A DNA stretch of 64,000 bases from an uncultured Eubacteriales bacterium (GCA_964523615.1 CAZFZU010000003.1:5659-69658); one strand, 5' to 3'. Shown: positions 33,006 to 42,533, counted from the stretch's first letter. Numbers and translations are program-made. The notes: generated by a model from the letters alone, not told the origin.

Positions 33006-33157
33006 TTGAGCCTCAGCAGGCGCAGCAGGAAGGGGATGAGGACGATGATGTAGAGGGCCTCCTCCTGCCAATCCTTGCGCTTCAGGAAGTTGGCCACGAG
33101 CAGGACGGCGACGAAGGCCGTCAGGAGGTAGTAGAGGACGGTCACCGCGGTCGCCAT
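33002..33157 (-). CDS. unannotated small (51 aa) two-helix membrane protein
   Basis: Translation MATAVTVLYYLLTAFVAVLLVANFLKRKDWQEEALYIIVLIPFLLRLLRLK. Its stop overlaps the ATG of the downstream zinc hydrolase gene in an ATGA arrangement. Absent from the ORF track (below the size cutoff). Confidence 0.4.
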   Translation of the reverse strand: MATAVTVLYYLLTAFVAVLLVANFLKRKDWQEEALYIIVLIPFLLRLLRLK

Positions 33158-33158
33158 G

Positions 33159-34451
33159 TCAGAACACCTGCAGGAAGGCCAGCTTCTTGCTGAAGACGAC
33201 CATGAGCGTCCCGGCGACGGCGATGAGCGCCGCCGGCACGAGGCAGGCCTTAAGGAATTTCCCGTACGGCTCCTTCATCCCCACGGTCGACGTCGTCAGC
33301 CGGCCGATGATGGCCGTCGGCGGGATGGCGTCGCCCAAGGGCCAGATGACGCTCATCCCGGCCAGGGCGATGACGGGATCGAGGCCGATGGTGTTGAACA
33401 GGAGCACGAGCGGCACGCCCAGGACGGGGGCCGCGCCCCACATCAGGACGGCCTCCGACACGGGCAGGGTCAGGAACAGGGTCAGGAAGACGACGGTCAC
33501 GGGCAGCGTGACCGTGGTGATGGCGATGAGGCCGCGGACGCCGGTCAGGGCCATGATCTGGACCAGGATCCCAGCGCAGGTCAGCGTCCCGACGAGAGGC
33601 AGGAGCTGGTGGACGGTGTCGCGGGAGATCTTCCAGACGTCGAGGCGGACCGGCGACAGGGCCAGGGCCGCGGCCGCCGCCGCGGCGAACATGAGCGGCA
33701 GGCCCAGCACGGGCACATGGAAGGGGAAGACGCGGCCGGCCGCGACGAGGAGGAAAAAGACGAGGAAGGGCACGGCCACCCGAAGCCAGCTCATGCGGGC
33801 CGGCGCCTCGGGCAGCTCGGCCATGGCTTTGGCCAGGTCGACGGGCTTGGCCCCGGCCCCCAGGATGAAGATGGTCAGCAGGGCCAGGACGACGCAGGGG
33901 ACGAGGAGCGGCAGGAAGAAGCCGACGTAGGGCATGTTGACGCCTGCCGCCGTCAGCATGGCCCAGAGGTTGACGGGCGGGGCGGCCGCGCTCAGCCCGG
34001 CGATGACGAAGATGATGGCCGCCACTTTGGGGCCCGGGATGTCCATCGTGCCGAGGATGGTGGCCGCCATGCCGCCCATGATCAGGACGGTCACGCTGCC
34101 GGCTCCGGTCAGCCCGCCGGGGACGAGGAGCAGCAGGGTCAGGAGCACGAACAGCGGGACCTTGCGGCGGTGGAAACGCCGCAGGATGGCCCGGACGACG
34201 AAGGCCGCCGCACCCGATTCCTTGAGCAGGTTCATGAACAGGGTGGCCGTGACGAAGATGAGGACGATGTCGAAGTAGGTGAAGGCGCCCTCGACGATGT
34301 GCCGGGACGGGACGCCGTACCCGCCGGCCAGGGCGCCGGCCAGGGCGGCCGCGAAAAGGGACAGCTCGGTCGAAATTTTAAGGAGCTTGGCGACGACGAA
34401 GGCGCCGGCCATGACGGCCAGGACCAGGGCGGCGGACGCCGTCGCGCTCAT
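33159..34451 (-). CDS. 12-TM ion-transporter-superfamily permease (DctM/TRAP-large-permease-like)
   Basis: 430 aa, very hydrophobic with ~12 predicted helices. Weak resemblance to DctM-type permeases. Family assignment tentative. Confidence 0.45.
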   Translation of the reverse strand: MSATASAALVLAVMAGAFVVAKLLKISTELSLFAAALAGALAGGYGVPSRHIVEGAFTYFDIVLIFVTATLFMNLLKESGAAAFVVRAILRRFHRRKVPLFVLLTLLLLVPGGLTGAGSVTVLIMGGMAATILGTMDIPGPKVAAIIFVIAGLSAAAPPVNLWAMLTAAGVNMPYVGFFLPLLVPCVVLALLTIFILGAGAKPVDLAKAMAELPEAPARMSWLRVAVPFLVFFLLVAAGRVFPFHVPVLGLPLMFAAAAAAALALSPVRLDVWKISRDTVHQLLPLVGTLTCAGILVQIMALTGVRGLIAITTVTLPVTVVFLTLFLTLPVSEAVLMWGAAPVLGVPLVLLFNTIGLDPVIALAGMSVIWPLGDAIPPTAIIGRLTTSTVGMKEPYGKFLKACLVPAALIAVAGTLMVVFSKKLAFLQVF

Positions 34452-34548
34452 GTCTCTCCAGCTCCTTTCACGCGCCGAGGCGATACTCTAGGACAACGGG
34501 CCGGGAAAAGCAAGGCGCCGGGCCCGCGGGCCGTCCGGCCGCGGCCGC

Positions 34549-35121
34549 TCAGCGGGCCGTGACCGTGATGCGGGCGATGCAGGTGAAGGACTGGGCCGAG
34601 GTCATGTCGCGGCAGATGCCCCTCTCGACGAGGAGCACGCCCGGCCCGTAGTCGTCCCAGCGGAACTTGTCGGCGTCGATGGACCGCCCGGTCAGGGCGG
34701 CCAGCTCCGAGACGGCTTCTTCGACGGGCGGCAAGTCGATGTACTCGAGGATGACGTTGACCGTGCGCAGGTCCTTGATGGTCATGTACTTGCCGCCCTC
34801 GATCATGGCCACCGACAGCGGCGGCCCGGGATCGTCGAAAATGTAGGACGTGGTGGACCGCCCGGCGACGAAGCCGTCCCGTTTTTGGAAGGTGTAGGCC
34901 CGGGCTTTGACCGGGAAGAGCTCCTGTTTGACGGCCGTGAAGGACAGCTTCTCGAGCTTGGTCTGGTTGACGTAATAGAGGCCCAGCCCGACGACGGCCG
35001 TCACGAGCAGGGCCCGGACGATCGTCTGCATGTCGTTCTTGACGACGATGACGACGATCCACAGGACGCACAGGCCGAACAGCACGAGCAGGACCGTCTT
35101 GGCGGTTTCCGTCGCGATCAT
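34549..35121 (-). CDS. membrane protein of unknown function (two N-terminal TM helices plus soluble domain)
   Basis: ORF with hydrophobic N-terminus (TVLLVLFGLCVLWIVVIVV...LLVTAVVGLGLYYV). Confidence 0.45.
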   Translation of the reverse strand: MIATETAKTVLLVLFGLCVLWIVVIVVKNDMQTIVRALLVTAVVGLGLYYVNQTKLEKLSFTAVKQELFPVKARAYTFQKRDGFVAGRSTTSYIFDDPGPPLSVAMIEGGKYMTIKDLRTVNVILEYIDLPPVEEAVSELAALTGRSIDADKFRWDDYGPGVLLVERGICRDMTSAQSFTCIARITVTAR

Positions 35122-35273
35122 GGCCGTCTCCTTTCGTTCCCTGTCCTTGTCCCTTGGCCCGGCGGTATTCTAGCACAACGGCGGACCGGGGGCATACCCC
35201 GGCGGAGGATGCAACCTTGGCTTTTGCCGCCCCGTCCTTTAGAATGTCCCTTCGCGCCGACACAGGAGGCCCC

Positions 35274-37376
35274 ATGAAGATCCGTCCCCTCGCGTTTCTC
35301 GCCGCGCCCGCCGCCGCCCTGGCCCTGGCCGGGCTCGTCCCCGGCGTCGCCCAGGACACGCCCGCCCGGCCCGCCCCGAACGCTCCCGCCGTCCTGCGGG
35401 CCATCGTCAACGAGGCCTCGGGCGAGATGGCTCTCCAGACCGAGATCGCCTTGACCGCCGTCAACCGCAACCGCGAGGCCGAAGAATACCGGACCGGCTA
35501 CTTCGAATCGGCCCATATCCTGGCCAAGCTCCGGGAGTACGGCCTGGCCGACTCGGCGACGGTCGATCTGCCCACGGCGGGCGGCACGACCTGGGACGCC
35601 GAGGCGGCCGAGCTGTGGACGGTCGAGCCGGAGCTCGTCAAGATCGCCGACCTCGACGAGGTCCCCGCCTGCCTGGCTTCGGGGAGCGCGACGACGGACA
35701 CGACGGCCGAGCTCGTCTACGTCGGCCCGGGCAACCGCGAGTCGTTCTACGAGGGCAAGGACGTCGCCGGCAAGGTCCTCCTGGTCAACGGGCCGCCCGA
35801 GGCCGCCCGCCGCCTGGGCGTCCAGAAGTACGGCGCGGCCGGCCTGGTCGGCTGGTCCTCGAGCCATCCCGAGTTCGACCGCGACGAGGTCGGCTGGAGC
35901 GGCCTGCGCCCGGCGCCGGGCGACCGGGCCACGTTCGGTTTCGTCGTCTCCGAGCGGCGGGGCCAGGAGCTGCGCGACGCCCTGGAGCGCGGCCGCAAGA
36001 TCGTCGTCCGGGCCGTCGTCAAGTCCCAGCAGGTCCCCGACTACAAGGACCAGCTGACCGTCGCCCTGATCAAGGGGACCGAGCGGCCCGACGAGGAGCT
36101 CGTCTTCACCGCCCACCTCTACGAGGGCTGGGCCAAGCAGGGGGCCAACGACAACGCCTCGGGCTGCGCCGCCGTCCTGGAGACGGCCCGGGTCTTGAAG
36201 ACGCTGGCCGACGAGGGCCGGATCCCGACGCTCAAGCGGTCCGTGCGGTTCCTGTTCGTGCCCGAGATATCGGGCACCTCGGCCTACCTGCGTCTCAATC
36301 CCGACATCCGCCGGCGCATGTTCGCCAACATCAACCTCGACATGGTCGGCGAGGGGCTGATCAAGAACCAGAGCTACAACCGGCTCAACCAGACCCCCTG
36401 GTCCCTGCCGAGCTGGCTCAACGACGTCATGGCCGCCTACTACGAGTGGATGGGCGACTCCCAGCGCGACGCCCAGGAGGATGGCTGGCGTTCGGGCGGC
36501 GTCCTGGCCCCGACCGGCTCGCGCGACCCGTTCTACTTCCTCGTCGAACGCTATTCCCCGGGCAGCGATCACGACGTCTTCGTCGACGGCTCGGTCCGCA
36601 TCCCCAGCGTCCTGATGATCGTCTGGCCCGACCAGTGGTACCACACGAGCGGCGACACGCCCGACAAGTCCGATCCCACCCAGCTCAAGCGCATCGTGGC
36701 CATGTGCGCCGCGGCGGCCGAGTTCCTGGCCAACGCCGGGCCGGCCGAGGCCGTCCGGATGATGGCCGAGATCTCGGCCCGCCAGGGCGGCCGGCTGGGC
36801 GCCGATCGGGCCCGGGCCGAGCGCCTGCTCCTGGCCGCCGACGCCAAGACCCTCGCGCCGGCCTTCAAGGAGGCCCGGGTCGTCGTGGAGCAGGCCTTCG
36901 CCCGGGAGAGGGAGGCCCTGGCCTCGACCCGGTTCTTCACCGGCGCCGATGCGGCCGCCGGGGCCGTCCTGGAGGGCCGCCTGGCCGGCCTCGACGCCGG
37001 GCGGGCCTCCGACCTCCGGACGCTCGACGTCCTCTACGCCGCTCGCTCGCGGGCGCTGGGCGTCGCGGCGGTCAAGCCCGTCCCGACCAAGGACGAGGTC
37101 CGGCTGGCCGGGGTCGTCCCGGTCCGGACGGAGAAGATGGGCGACATGATGGCCATGTGGGGGTTGCGGGAGGAGTTCCGCAAGCTCGCCTACCAGGCCC
37201 CGCCCTCCATCCTGGTCGCGGAGATGGAGCTGCGGAACTTCATCGACGGCCGGCGCTCGGTCCTCGACATCCGCGACGCGGCCTCGGCCGAGTTCGGCCC
37301 CATCGACCTCCTCGACCTCGAGGCGTGGCTGACCGTCCAGGAAAAGGTCGGCCTGGTGACGCTCAAAAAGAGATAG
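35274..37376 (+). CDS. M28 family zinc peptidase (PA domain-containing aminopeptidase), secreted
   Basis: Signal peptide. M28 signature AHLYEGWAKQGANDNASGCAAVLE. PA-domain-like insert. Second metal-binding region (SDHDVF). Confidence 0.8.
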   Translation: MKIRPLAFLAAPAAALALAGLVPGVAQDTPARPAPNAPAVLRAIVNEASGEMALQTEIALTAVNRNREAEEYRTGYFESAHILAKLREYGLADSATVDLPTAGGTTWDAEAAELWTVEPELVKIADLDEVPACLASGSATTDTTAELVYVGPGNRESFYEGKDVAGKVLLVNGPPEAARRLGVQKYGAAGLVGWSSSHPEFDRDEVGWSGLRPAPGDRATFGFVVSERRGQELRDALERGRKIVVRAVVKSQQVPDYKDQLTVALIKGTERPDEELVFTAHLYEGWAKQGANDNASGCAAVLETARVLKTLADEGRIPTLKRSVRFLFVPEISGTSAYLRLNPDIRRRMFANINLDMVGEGLIKNQSYNRLNQTPWSLPSWLNDVMAAYYEWMGDSQRDAQEDGWRSGGVLAPTGSRDPFYFLVERYSPGSDHDVFVDGSVRIPSVLMIVWPDQWYHTSGDTPDKSDPTQLKRIVAMCAAAAEFLANAGPAEAVRMMAEISARQGGRLGADRARAERLLLAADAKTLAPAFKEARVVVEQAFAREREALASTRFFTGADAAAGAVLEGRLAGLDAGRASDLRTLDVLYAARSRALGVAAVKPVPTKDEVRLAGVVPVRTEKMGDMMAMWGLREEFRKLAYQAPPSILVAEMELRNFIDGRRSVLDIRDAASAEFGPIDLLDLEAWLTVQEKVGLVTLKKR

Positions 37377-37392
37377 GGACTGTCCCCGAAGG
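37366..37392. repeat. direct doublet GGGACTGTCCCC / GGGGACTGTCCC at the M28 gene stop; degenerate relative of the REP family
   Basis: Two copies of GGGACTGTCCC 3 nt apart. One base short of the palindromic core GGGGACATGTCCCC seen elsewhere in the window. Confidence 0.35.
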
Positions 37393-37410
37393 GGACTGTC
37401 CCTCTTGGGG

Positions 37411-38004
37411 CTACTTCGCGAACAGCTTTTCCAGCGTCGGGATGAGGTCCGTCGTCTTCTCGAACTCGACGAGGGGGACCTTCTTGGCCTGGGATATGGC
37501 CGTGAACCGGCCGTCGGCATTGCCTTCCTTGAGGACGAGGAGGATGGCCGCGTTCGGGGCCACGGCGTCGATGGACTGCTCGTCGGTCGTGTCGCCGGCG
37601 GCGGCGCCCTGTGAGCGCCGCTTCATGCCCTCGATGTGGGCGCCGATGACCTTGACACCCAGTTTCTTGGCCTCGGCGACCAGGGCGGCCGCTCGGGCCA
37701 GCTCGTCCTCGATCTCGATGCCGGCCGCGCCCATGCCCTTGAGGCTGGCGCCCATGGTGATGATGAGCGACTTGTAGGGCTTGGCCTTGAGCGTTTCGGG
37801 CGTGGCCAGGGGATCGATGTCGTACTCCATCTTCAGCCGCTGCAGGACGACCTTGATCGTCGTCGGGCCGATGCTCTGGCCGCACGACGTGACCAGGACG
37901 GGCAGCTCGGCCTTGGCCTCGGGGGCCTGGCTCCGGAGCGAGAGGGGCAACAGGACGAGGGCCAGAACGGCCAGGGCCGCGACAAATCTATGGACCTTGG
38001 ACAT
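37411..38004 (-). CDS. secreted hypothetical protein
   Basis: Start at MSKVHRFVAALAVLALVLLPLSL (signal peptide). No family recognised. Confidence 0.45.
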   Translation of the reverse strand: MSKVHRFVAALAVLALVLLPLSLRSQAPEAKAELPVLVTSCGQSIGPTTIKVVLQRLKMEYDIDPLATPETLKAKPYKSLIITMGASLKGMGAAGIEIEDELARAAALVAEAKKLGVKVIGAHIEGMKRRSQGAAAGDTTDEQSIDAVAPNAAILLVLKEGNADGRFTAISQAKKVPLVEFEKTTDLIPTLEKLFAK

Positions 38005-38119
38005 GGGGCACTCCTTTCTTCCGCGCCCCGGGCGCGGGGCGAGGACCCTATGGTAGGCCAAAGGCCGGGGCCGGTCAACCTCCGTGCCGGGGACAATCAC
38101 CCTCGGTAGGGGTCCGGTC

Positions 38120-38148
38120 GGGGACATGTCCCCGGGGTACGTGTCCCC
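38120..38148. repeat. REP-family element (GGGGACATGTCCCC + GGGGTACGTGTCCCC) followed by a T-run and a TGTTATATAAT -10 element
   Basis: Composite palindrome identical in architecture to the arms of the 55133..55265 inverted repeat. GTTTTTGTG follows. Extended -10-like TGTTATATAAT ~40 nt upstream of the M28 gene at 38200. Confidence 0.6.
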
Positions 38149-38199
38149 GTTTTTGTGTTATATAATCTATCGTGATCGAACGCTAACGCGGAGGGACCG

Positions 38200-39822
38200 A
38201 TGGACCTGACCCGGACTCGGATCGCCGTTCTCGCCGCCGCCGCGGCGGTCCTCGTCCTGGCCGCCTGCCAGGGCCGCCGGGGCCGCCTGGAACCCGTCAC
38301 CGTGGACGAGATCGCCGCCCACATCCGGTACCTCTCGAGCGACCAGCTCGAGGGCCGGGCGGTCGGGACGCGCGGCATCGAGCTGGCCGCCCGCTATCAC
38401 GAGGACTACTTCCGGACCATGGGCTTGGCCCCGGCCTTCGGGACGAGTTACCGCCAAACCTTCCCGCTCAAGGGCTCCAGGCCCGATCCCGGGGCGACGC
38501 TCGAGATCGCCGGGCCGGGCGTCGCCCTGGCGCCCGTCCTCTGGGACGAATTCGTCGTCCGGACCGAGCGCGAGGACGTCCCGCCGGAGGCCTCGGGCGA
38601 GCTCGTCTACGCCGGCTACCTCGTCCAGGCGCCGGAACGGCAGTGGGACGACCTCAAAGGCCTCGACGTCGCCGGCAAGGTCCTGCTCGTCGAGATCAAC
38701 GAGCCCGGCAACCGCCCGGGCGGCCTGTTCGACGGCGAGGACATGACCTACTACGGCCGCTGGCCCTACAAGTACGAGAAGGCCACCGAGCTCGGCGCGG
38801 CCGGCATCCTCATCATCCACGACGCCAAAGGCGCGGCCTACGGCTGGGATGTCCTGCGCGCCTCCTGGGGCAACGAGAGCTTCTACGATCCCGACCGCGA
38901 CCGCCGGCTCCTGTTCGAGGGCTGGATCGCCGGGGAGACGGCCGACCGCGTCCTGGCCGCGGCCAAACTCGACCGCAGAGCCCTGCGCGAGAAGGCCGAG
39001 ACCCCGGAGTTCGCTCCCGTGCCGCTCGGGCTCCGGGCCATGGTCCGCCAGAGCCGCACTGTCCGCACGGTCGACGGGGTCAACGTGGCCGGGATCGTCC
39101 GGGCCAAGCACCCGGAAGCCCGGAAGCGGACCGTCGTCTTCTCGGCCCACTACGACCACTTCGGCCGGGACGCGTCGCTCGAGGGCGATCAGATCTACAA
39201 CGGGGCCGTCGACAACTGCTCGGCCTCGGCCGCCCTGCTGGCCACGGCCGGCTTCTACGCCCAGCGCCCCGAACGGCTCAAGGACGACCTCTGCTTCGTC
39301 GCCGTGACGGCCGAGGAGCAGCTCGTCCTCGGCTCGGCCTACTTCGCCCGCCACCTGCCGTTCCCGAAGGAGACCGTCCTGGCCGACATCAACTACGAGA
39401 TGACCAACGTCTGGGGCGAGACCGAGGACGTCTTCGCCATCGGGGCCCGCCACTCCGACCTCGATGCCGTCTGCCGGGAGGCGGCCGAGGCCATCGGCCT
39501 GCGCTACACCCCGGAGCGCAACGGTGAGCTCGGCTTCTTCTACCGCTCCGACCAGATCTCGTTCGCCCGGGAAGGCATCCCGGCCGTCTGGCTGAGCCAG
39601 GGCGTCGTGGCCAAGGGCCCCGACAAGGGCCTCGTCCAGAGGAAGTTCGAAGAGTACCGCCGGGACGGCTACCACAAGGTCTCCGACGAGATGAAGCCCG
39701 ACTGGGACCTCCGCGGCACGCTCCAGATCATCGACTGGGCCAAGGGCATCGTCGGGCTCCTCCAGGAGCGCGAGGGCCTACCCCAGTTCGTCCCGGCGAG
39801 CTCGTTCAAGCGCGGAAGCTGA
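38200..39822 (+). CDS. M28 family zinc peptidase with PA domain, lipoprotein
   Basis: Lipobox VLAACQG. M28 signatures FSAHYDHFG and NGAVDNCSASAALL. Confidence 0.8.
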   Translation: MDLTRTRIAVLAAAAAVLVLAACQGRRGRLEPVTVDEIAAHIRYLSSDQLEGRAVGTRGIELAARYHEDYFRTMGLAPAFGTSYRQTFPLKGSRPDPGATLEIAGPGVALAPVLWDEFVVRTEREDVPPEASGELVYAGYLVQAPERQWDDLKGLDVAGKVLLVEINEPGNRPGGLFDGEDMTYYGRWPYKYEKATELGAAGILIIHDAKGAAYGWDVLRASWGNESFYDPDRDRRLLFEGWIAGETADRVLAAAKLDRRALREKAETPEFAPVPLGLRAMVRQSRTVRTVDGVNVAGIVRAKHPEARKRTVVFSAHYDHFGRDASLEGDQIYNGAVDNCSASAALLATAGFYAQRPERLKDDLCFVAVTAEEQLVLGSAYFARHLPFPKETVLADINYEMTNVWGETEDVFAIGARHSDLDAVCREAAEAIGLRYTPERNGELGFFYRSDQISFAREGIPAVWLSQGVVAKGPDKGLVQRKFEEYRRDGYHKVSDEMKPDWDLRGTLQIIDWAKGIVGLLQEREGLPQFVPASSFKRGS

Positions 39823-39863
39823 GGCTGGCCTTTTCGCCCCGGATATGATAGACTCTGTCGCCG

Positions 39864-40685
39864 ATGGAGAATAAAACCGCTCCGCGCCTATCACGCTTTT
39901 CCGATTACCTGTCTCCCGCCCAGGTCGTCTTCGACCTCAAAAGCAAAGACAAGGTCGAGGCCGTCGAAGAGCTGTTGGACGTCCTGGCCAAGCAGAAGCT
40001 CATCGACAACAAGAAGCTCCTGCTGACCCGCATCATCGACCGCGAGAACCTCGTCTCCACGGCCATCGGTTCGGGCGTCGCCCTGCCGCACGCCCGCGTC
40101 GACGCCGGAGGCGAGATCGCCGTCGCCGTCGGGCGCTCGGACAAGGGCATCGATTTCGACGCCCACGACGGGCAGAAGGTCCACCTGATCATCCTGGTCG
40201 TCTGGAACCCGACCCTGCCCGGCCTGTTCAACCACCTCTTCGCCGGCCTGGCCCGCTTCCTCATCCGGGCCGAGAACCGCTGCCGCATCCAGGCGGCCAA
40301 GGACAAGGCCGAGCTCTACGACATCCTCTCGGGGATCGAATTCAAGTTCGTCCACGAGGAGAAGATCGTCAGCCGGGCCCGGCTGCTGAAGAAGCTCCAG
40401 GAGATCGAGCTCCGCAAGAAGAAGGCGACCAAGGACCAGCAGAAGGAGCTCCAGAAGCAGGCCGTCATGATCCGGGAGGAGCTCGACCGCGACCTCGTCT
40501 CCCGCTTCGACCGCCTGATGGAGCGCTACGGCTTCGCCGTCGCCGACGCCGTCGACGGGGTTTGCCAGGGCTGCAACATCAACATCTCGACCCAGATGTA
40601 TTCGGCCATGGAAGACTCCAACGACATCTACGTCTGCGAGAACTGCGGCAAGTACCTGGTCTCGGCCAAACGCAAGAAGAAGTAA
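39864..40685 (+). CDS. PTS EIIA(Ntr)/fructose-type domain fused to a C-terminal coiled-coil plus C4 zinc-ribbon domain
   Basis: N-terminal 150 aa carry both conserved His regions of PtsN-type EIIA (LVSTAIGSGVALPHARVD and DGQKVHLIILVVWNP...HLFAGLARFL). C-terminal 120 aa have a K/E/Q-rich coiled coil and two CxxC pairs (CQGC...CENC) resembling COG1579-type zinc ribbons. Confidence 0.6.
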   Translation: MENKTAPRLSRFSDYLSPAQVVFDLKSKDKVEAVEELLDVLAKQKLIDNKKLLLTRIIDRENLVSTAIGSGVALPHARVDAGGEIAVAVGRSDKGIDFDAHDGQKVHLIILVVWNPTLPGLFNHLFAGLARFLIRAENRCRIQAAKDKAELYDILSGIEFKFVHEEKIVSRARLLKKLQEIELRKKKATKDQQKELQKQAVMIREELDRDLVSRFDRLMERYGFAVADAVDGVCQGCNINISTQMYSAMEDSNDIYVCENCGKYLVSAKRKKK

Positions 40686-42428
40686 TCAGTCCACGCTTTC
40701 GGAGGCCAGGTTCGCGGGAGCCCTCAATTTGTAAACGGGGTAGGTCTGCGCCCCGCGCCCCCACTGGCTGACGATGTCCCGGTCGAAGAAATTCCAGACC
40801 AGCAGCCCGTCGTCGCTTTCCGCCTCGAGCAGATAGGCGGCCAGCCGCCCCAGGGGCTGGGCCAGCCGGACGACGAGCGTCCCGGCCGGAAAGTCCCTCG
40901 TCTCGACGGCGTATTCCCCCTTGACCGTGTTGGTCCGGTGGCCCTGATAGAGCCGCTCGGCCCCCTTGATCTCCTTGATGCGGAAGGCCTCGACCTCGAG
41001 GGAGACGGGCGCCGTCAGGCGCTCGACGGCGACGCCGTGCTGGCGGAGCTTGTCGCGGACCTCGGTCCCGGCCAGGGGGACGAGGTAGGCGTACGGCAGG
41101 CGGACCGAGCGCGGAGCGACGAAGTCGGCGTAATAGGTCACGTTGTAGGTCTTGCGGCGGTCCGTCGCCCTCATCCGGGAAAAGGGCCCGGCCGGGGCCG
41201 GGGCGGCGCCGGGCGCGGGGGCCGGCGGGGCCTCCATCTCGTAGCCGAGGATGGCCAGCTTGCCGGGCAGGGGCCGGACGTCGACGTCCAGGCCGAAGGT
41301 GTCGGCCTCGCCGGGGGCCAGGCCGGCCCGGACGGTCCGGGCGTCGGCCTCGGCGACGAGCCGGCGGAGCTCGGCGGCGTGCCCGGCGCAGTAGTCGAGA
41401 ATGGACTTGAGGAGATTGTAGTTGCCGGCGACGCGGGTCCGGAAGTCGGCGTAGTTGTAGTTCTCGTCGAGGATGGACAGGCGGTTGCGCAGGCCGATGT
41501 AGTTGGTCATGTACCGCGGCTGGTGGCCGAAGGTCCGCCAGCCCTTCTCGATGTCCCCGAAGTCCATGGGATCGCCGTAGGGGACCGACAGGGTCCCGTA
41601 GGCTTTTTCGAGCCGCGCGTCGACGGCCGGGAGCATCGTGTCGCGGGCGTACTTGAGGACGAGCGGGTCGCCGTTGGGGCAGAGGCCCCAGGAATAGGTC
41701 ACCGGCTCCTCGTGCATGGAGCCGTCGGTCGTGTGGCAGTCGACGAGGAGGAGCGGGTCCCAGCGCCCGAGGACGTTGCGGACGAGGCCGCGCATCTCGG
41801 GGCTCTCGAGCTTCATGCCGTCGCGGTTGAGGTCGAGGTTCTGGCCGTTGTGGCGCACGCCCGAGCCCTTCTCGGGGCCGTCCTGGCCCATGCGGTTGCG
41901 GGGGTCCATCTTGTCGTTGCCGTCGGCGTTGAAGACCGGGGCGACGAGGAGGACGACCTTGTCGAGGTAGGGCAGCTTGGGGTCGAGCAGGATGTCGCGG
42001 GCCAGCATGAGGGAGGCTTCCTTGCCCTCGACCTCGCCGGCGTGGATGTTGGCCTGGAAATAGACCACGATCCGCTCGTCGTTGCGGAGGAGGAGGGGAT
42101 CGTGCGGCACGGGCTTGCCGATGACCAGGAGCGGGATGGCCCGGCCCTCGGTCGAGATGGCCAGGGTCTCGACCCGGACGAGCGGCGAGAGCTTCTGGAG
42201 GTCGCGGACGAAGGCCAGGACGTCGGCGTAGGTCGAGGTCGCGGCGTAGCCGGTGGCCTCGGCCGTCGTCCGGGGGCCCGAGGCCGGGGCCGCGGGCGGC
42301 CAGACCATCTTGGACGTGTCGATCTTGGGGGCCCGGGGCGGCCCGCCCCCGGGTTGGGCGGCGGCGGGGACGGCCAGGGCGAGCGGCAGGGCGATGAGGG
42401 CGGCCAGAGCGCGGAGCTTCGGTGTCAT
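40686..42428 (-). CDS. M14 family zinc carboxypeptidase, secreted
   Basis: Signal peptide. HxxE zinc motif QANIHAGEVEG. Length and composition typical of secreted M14 carboxypeptidases. Confidence 0.7.
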   Translation of the reverse strand: MTPKLRALAALIALPLALAVPAAAQPGGGPPRAPKIDTSKMVWPPAAPASGPRTTAEATGYAATSTYADVLAFVRDLQKLSPLVRVETLAISTEGRAIPLLVIGKPVPHDPLLLRNDERIVVYFQANIHAGEVEGKEASLMLARDILLDPKLPYLDKVVLLVAPVFNADGNDKMDPRNRMGQDGPEKGSGVRHNGQNLDLNRDGMKLESPEMRGLVRNVLGRWDPLLLVDCHTTDGSMHEEPVTYSWGLCPNGDPLVLKYARDTMLPAVDARLEKAYGTLSVPYGDPMDFGDIEKGWRTFGHQPRYMTNYIGLRNRLSILDENYNYADFRTRVAGNYNLLKSILDYCAGHAAELRRLVAEADARTVRAGLAPGEADTFGLDVDVRPLPGKLAILGYEMEAPPAPAPGAAPAPAGPFSRMRATDRRKTYNVTYYADFVAPRSVRLPYAYLVPLAGTEVRDKLRQHGVAVERLTAPVSLEVEAFRIKEIKGAERLYQGHRTNTVKGEYAVETRDFPAGTLVVRLAQPLGRLAAYLLEAESDDGLLVWNFFDRDIVSQWGRGAQTYPVYKLRAPANLASESVD

Positions 42429-42533
42429 GAGGACCTCCGTCTTCTTAGACGTCGCGCCGGCCAGTTTATTCCAGGGAAAACGGGGACACAAGACCTATTC
42501 CCCTTTTTACCGCCCTTTTGCTAGGATAGGGGC

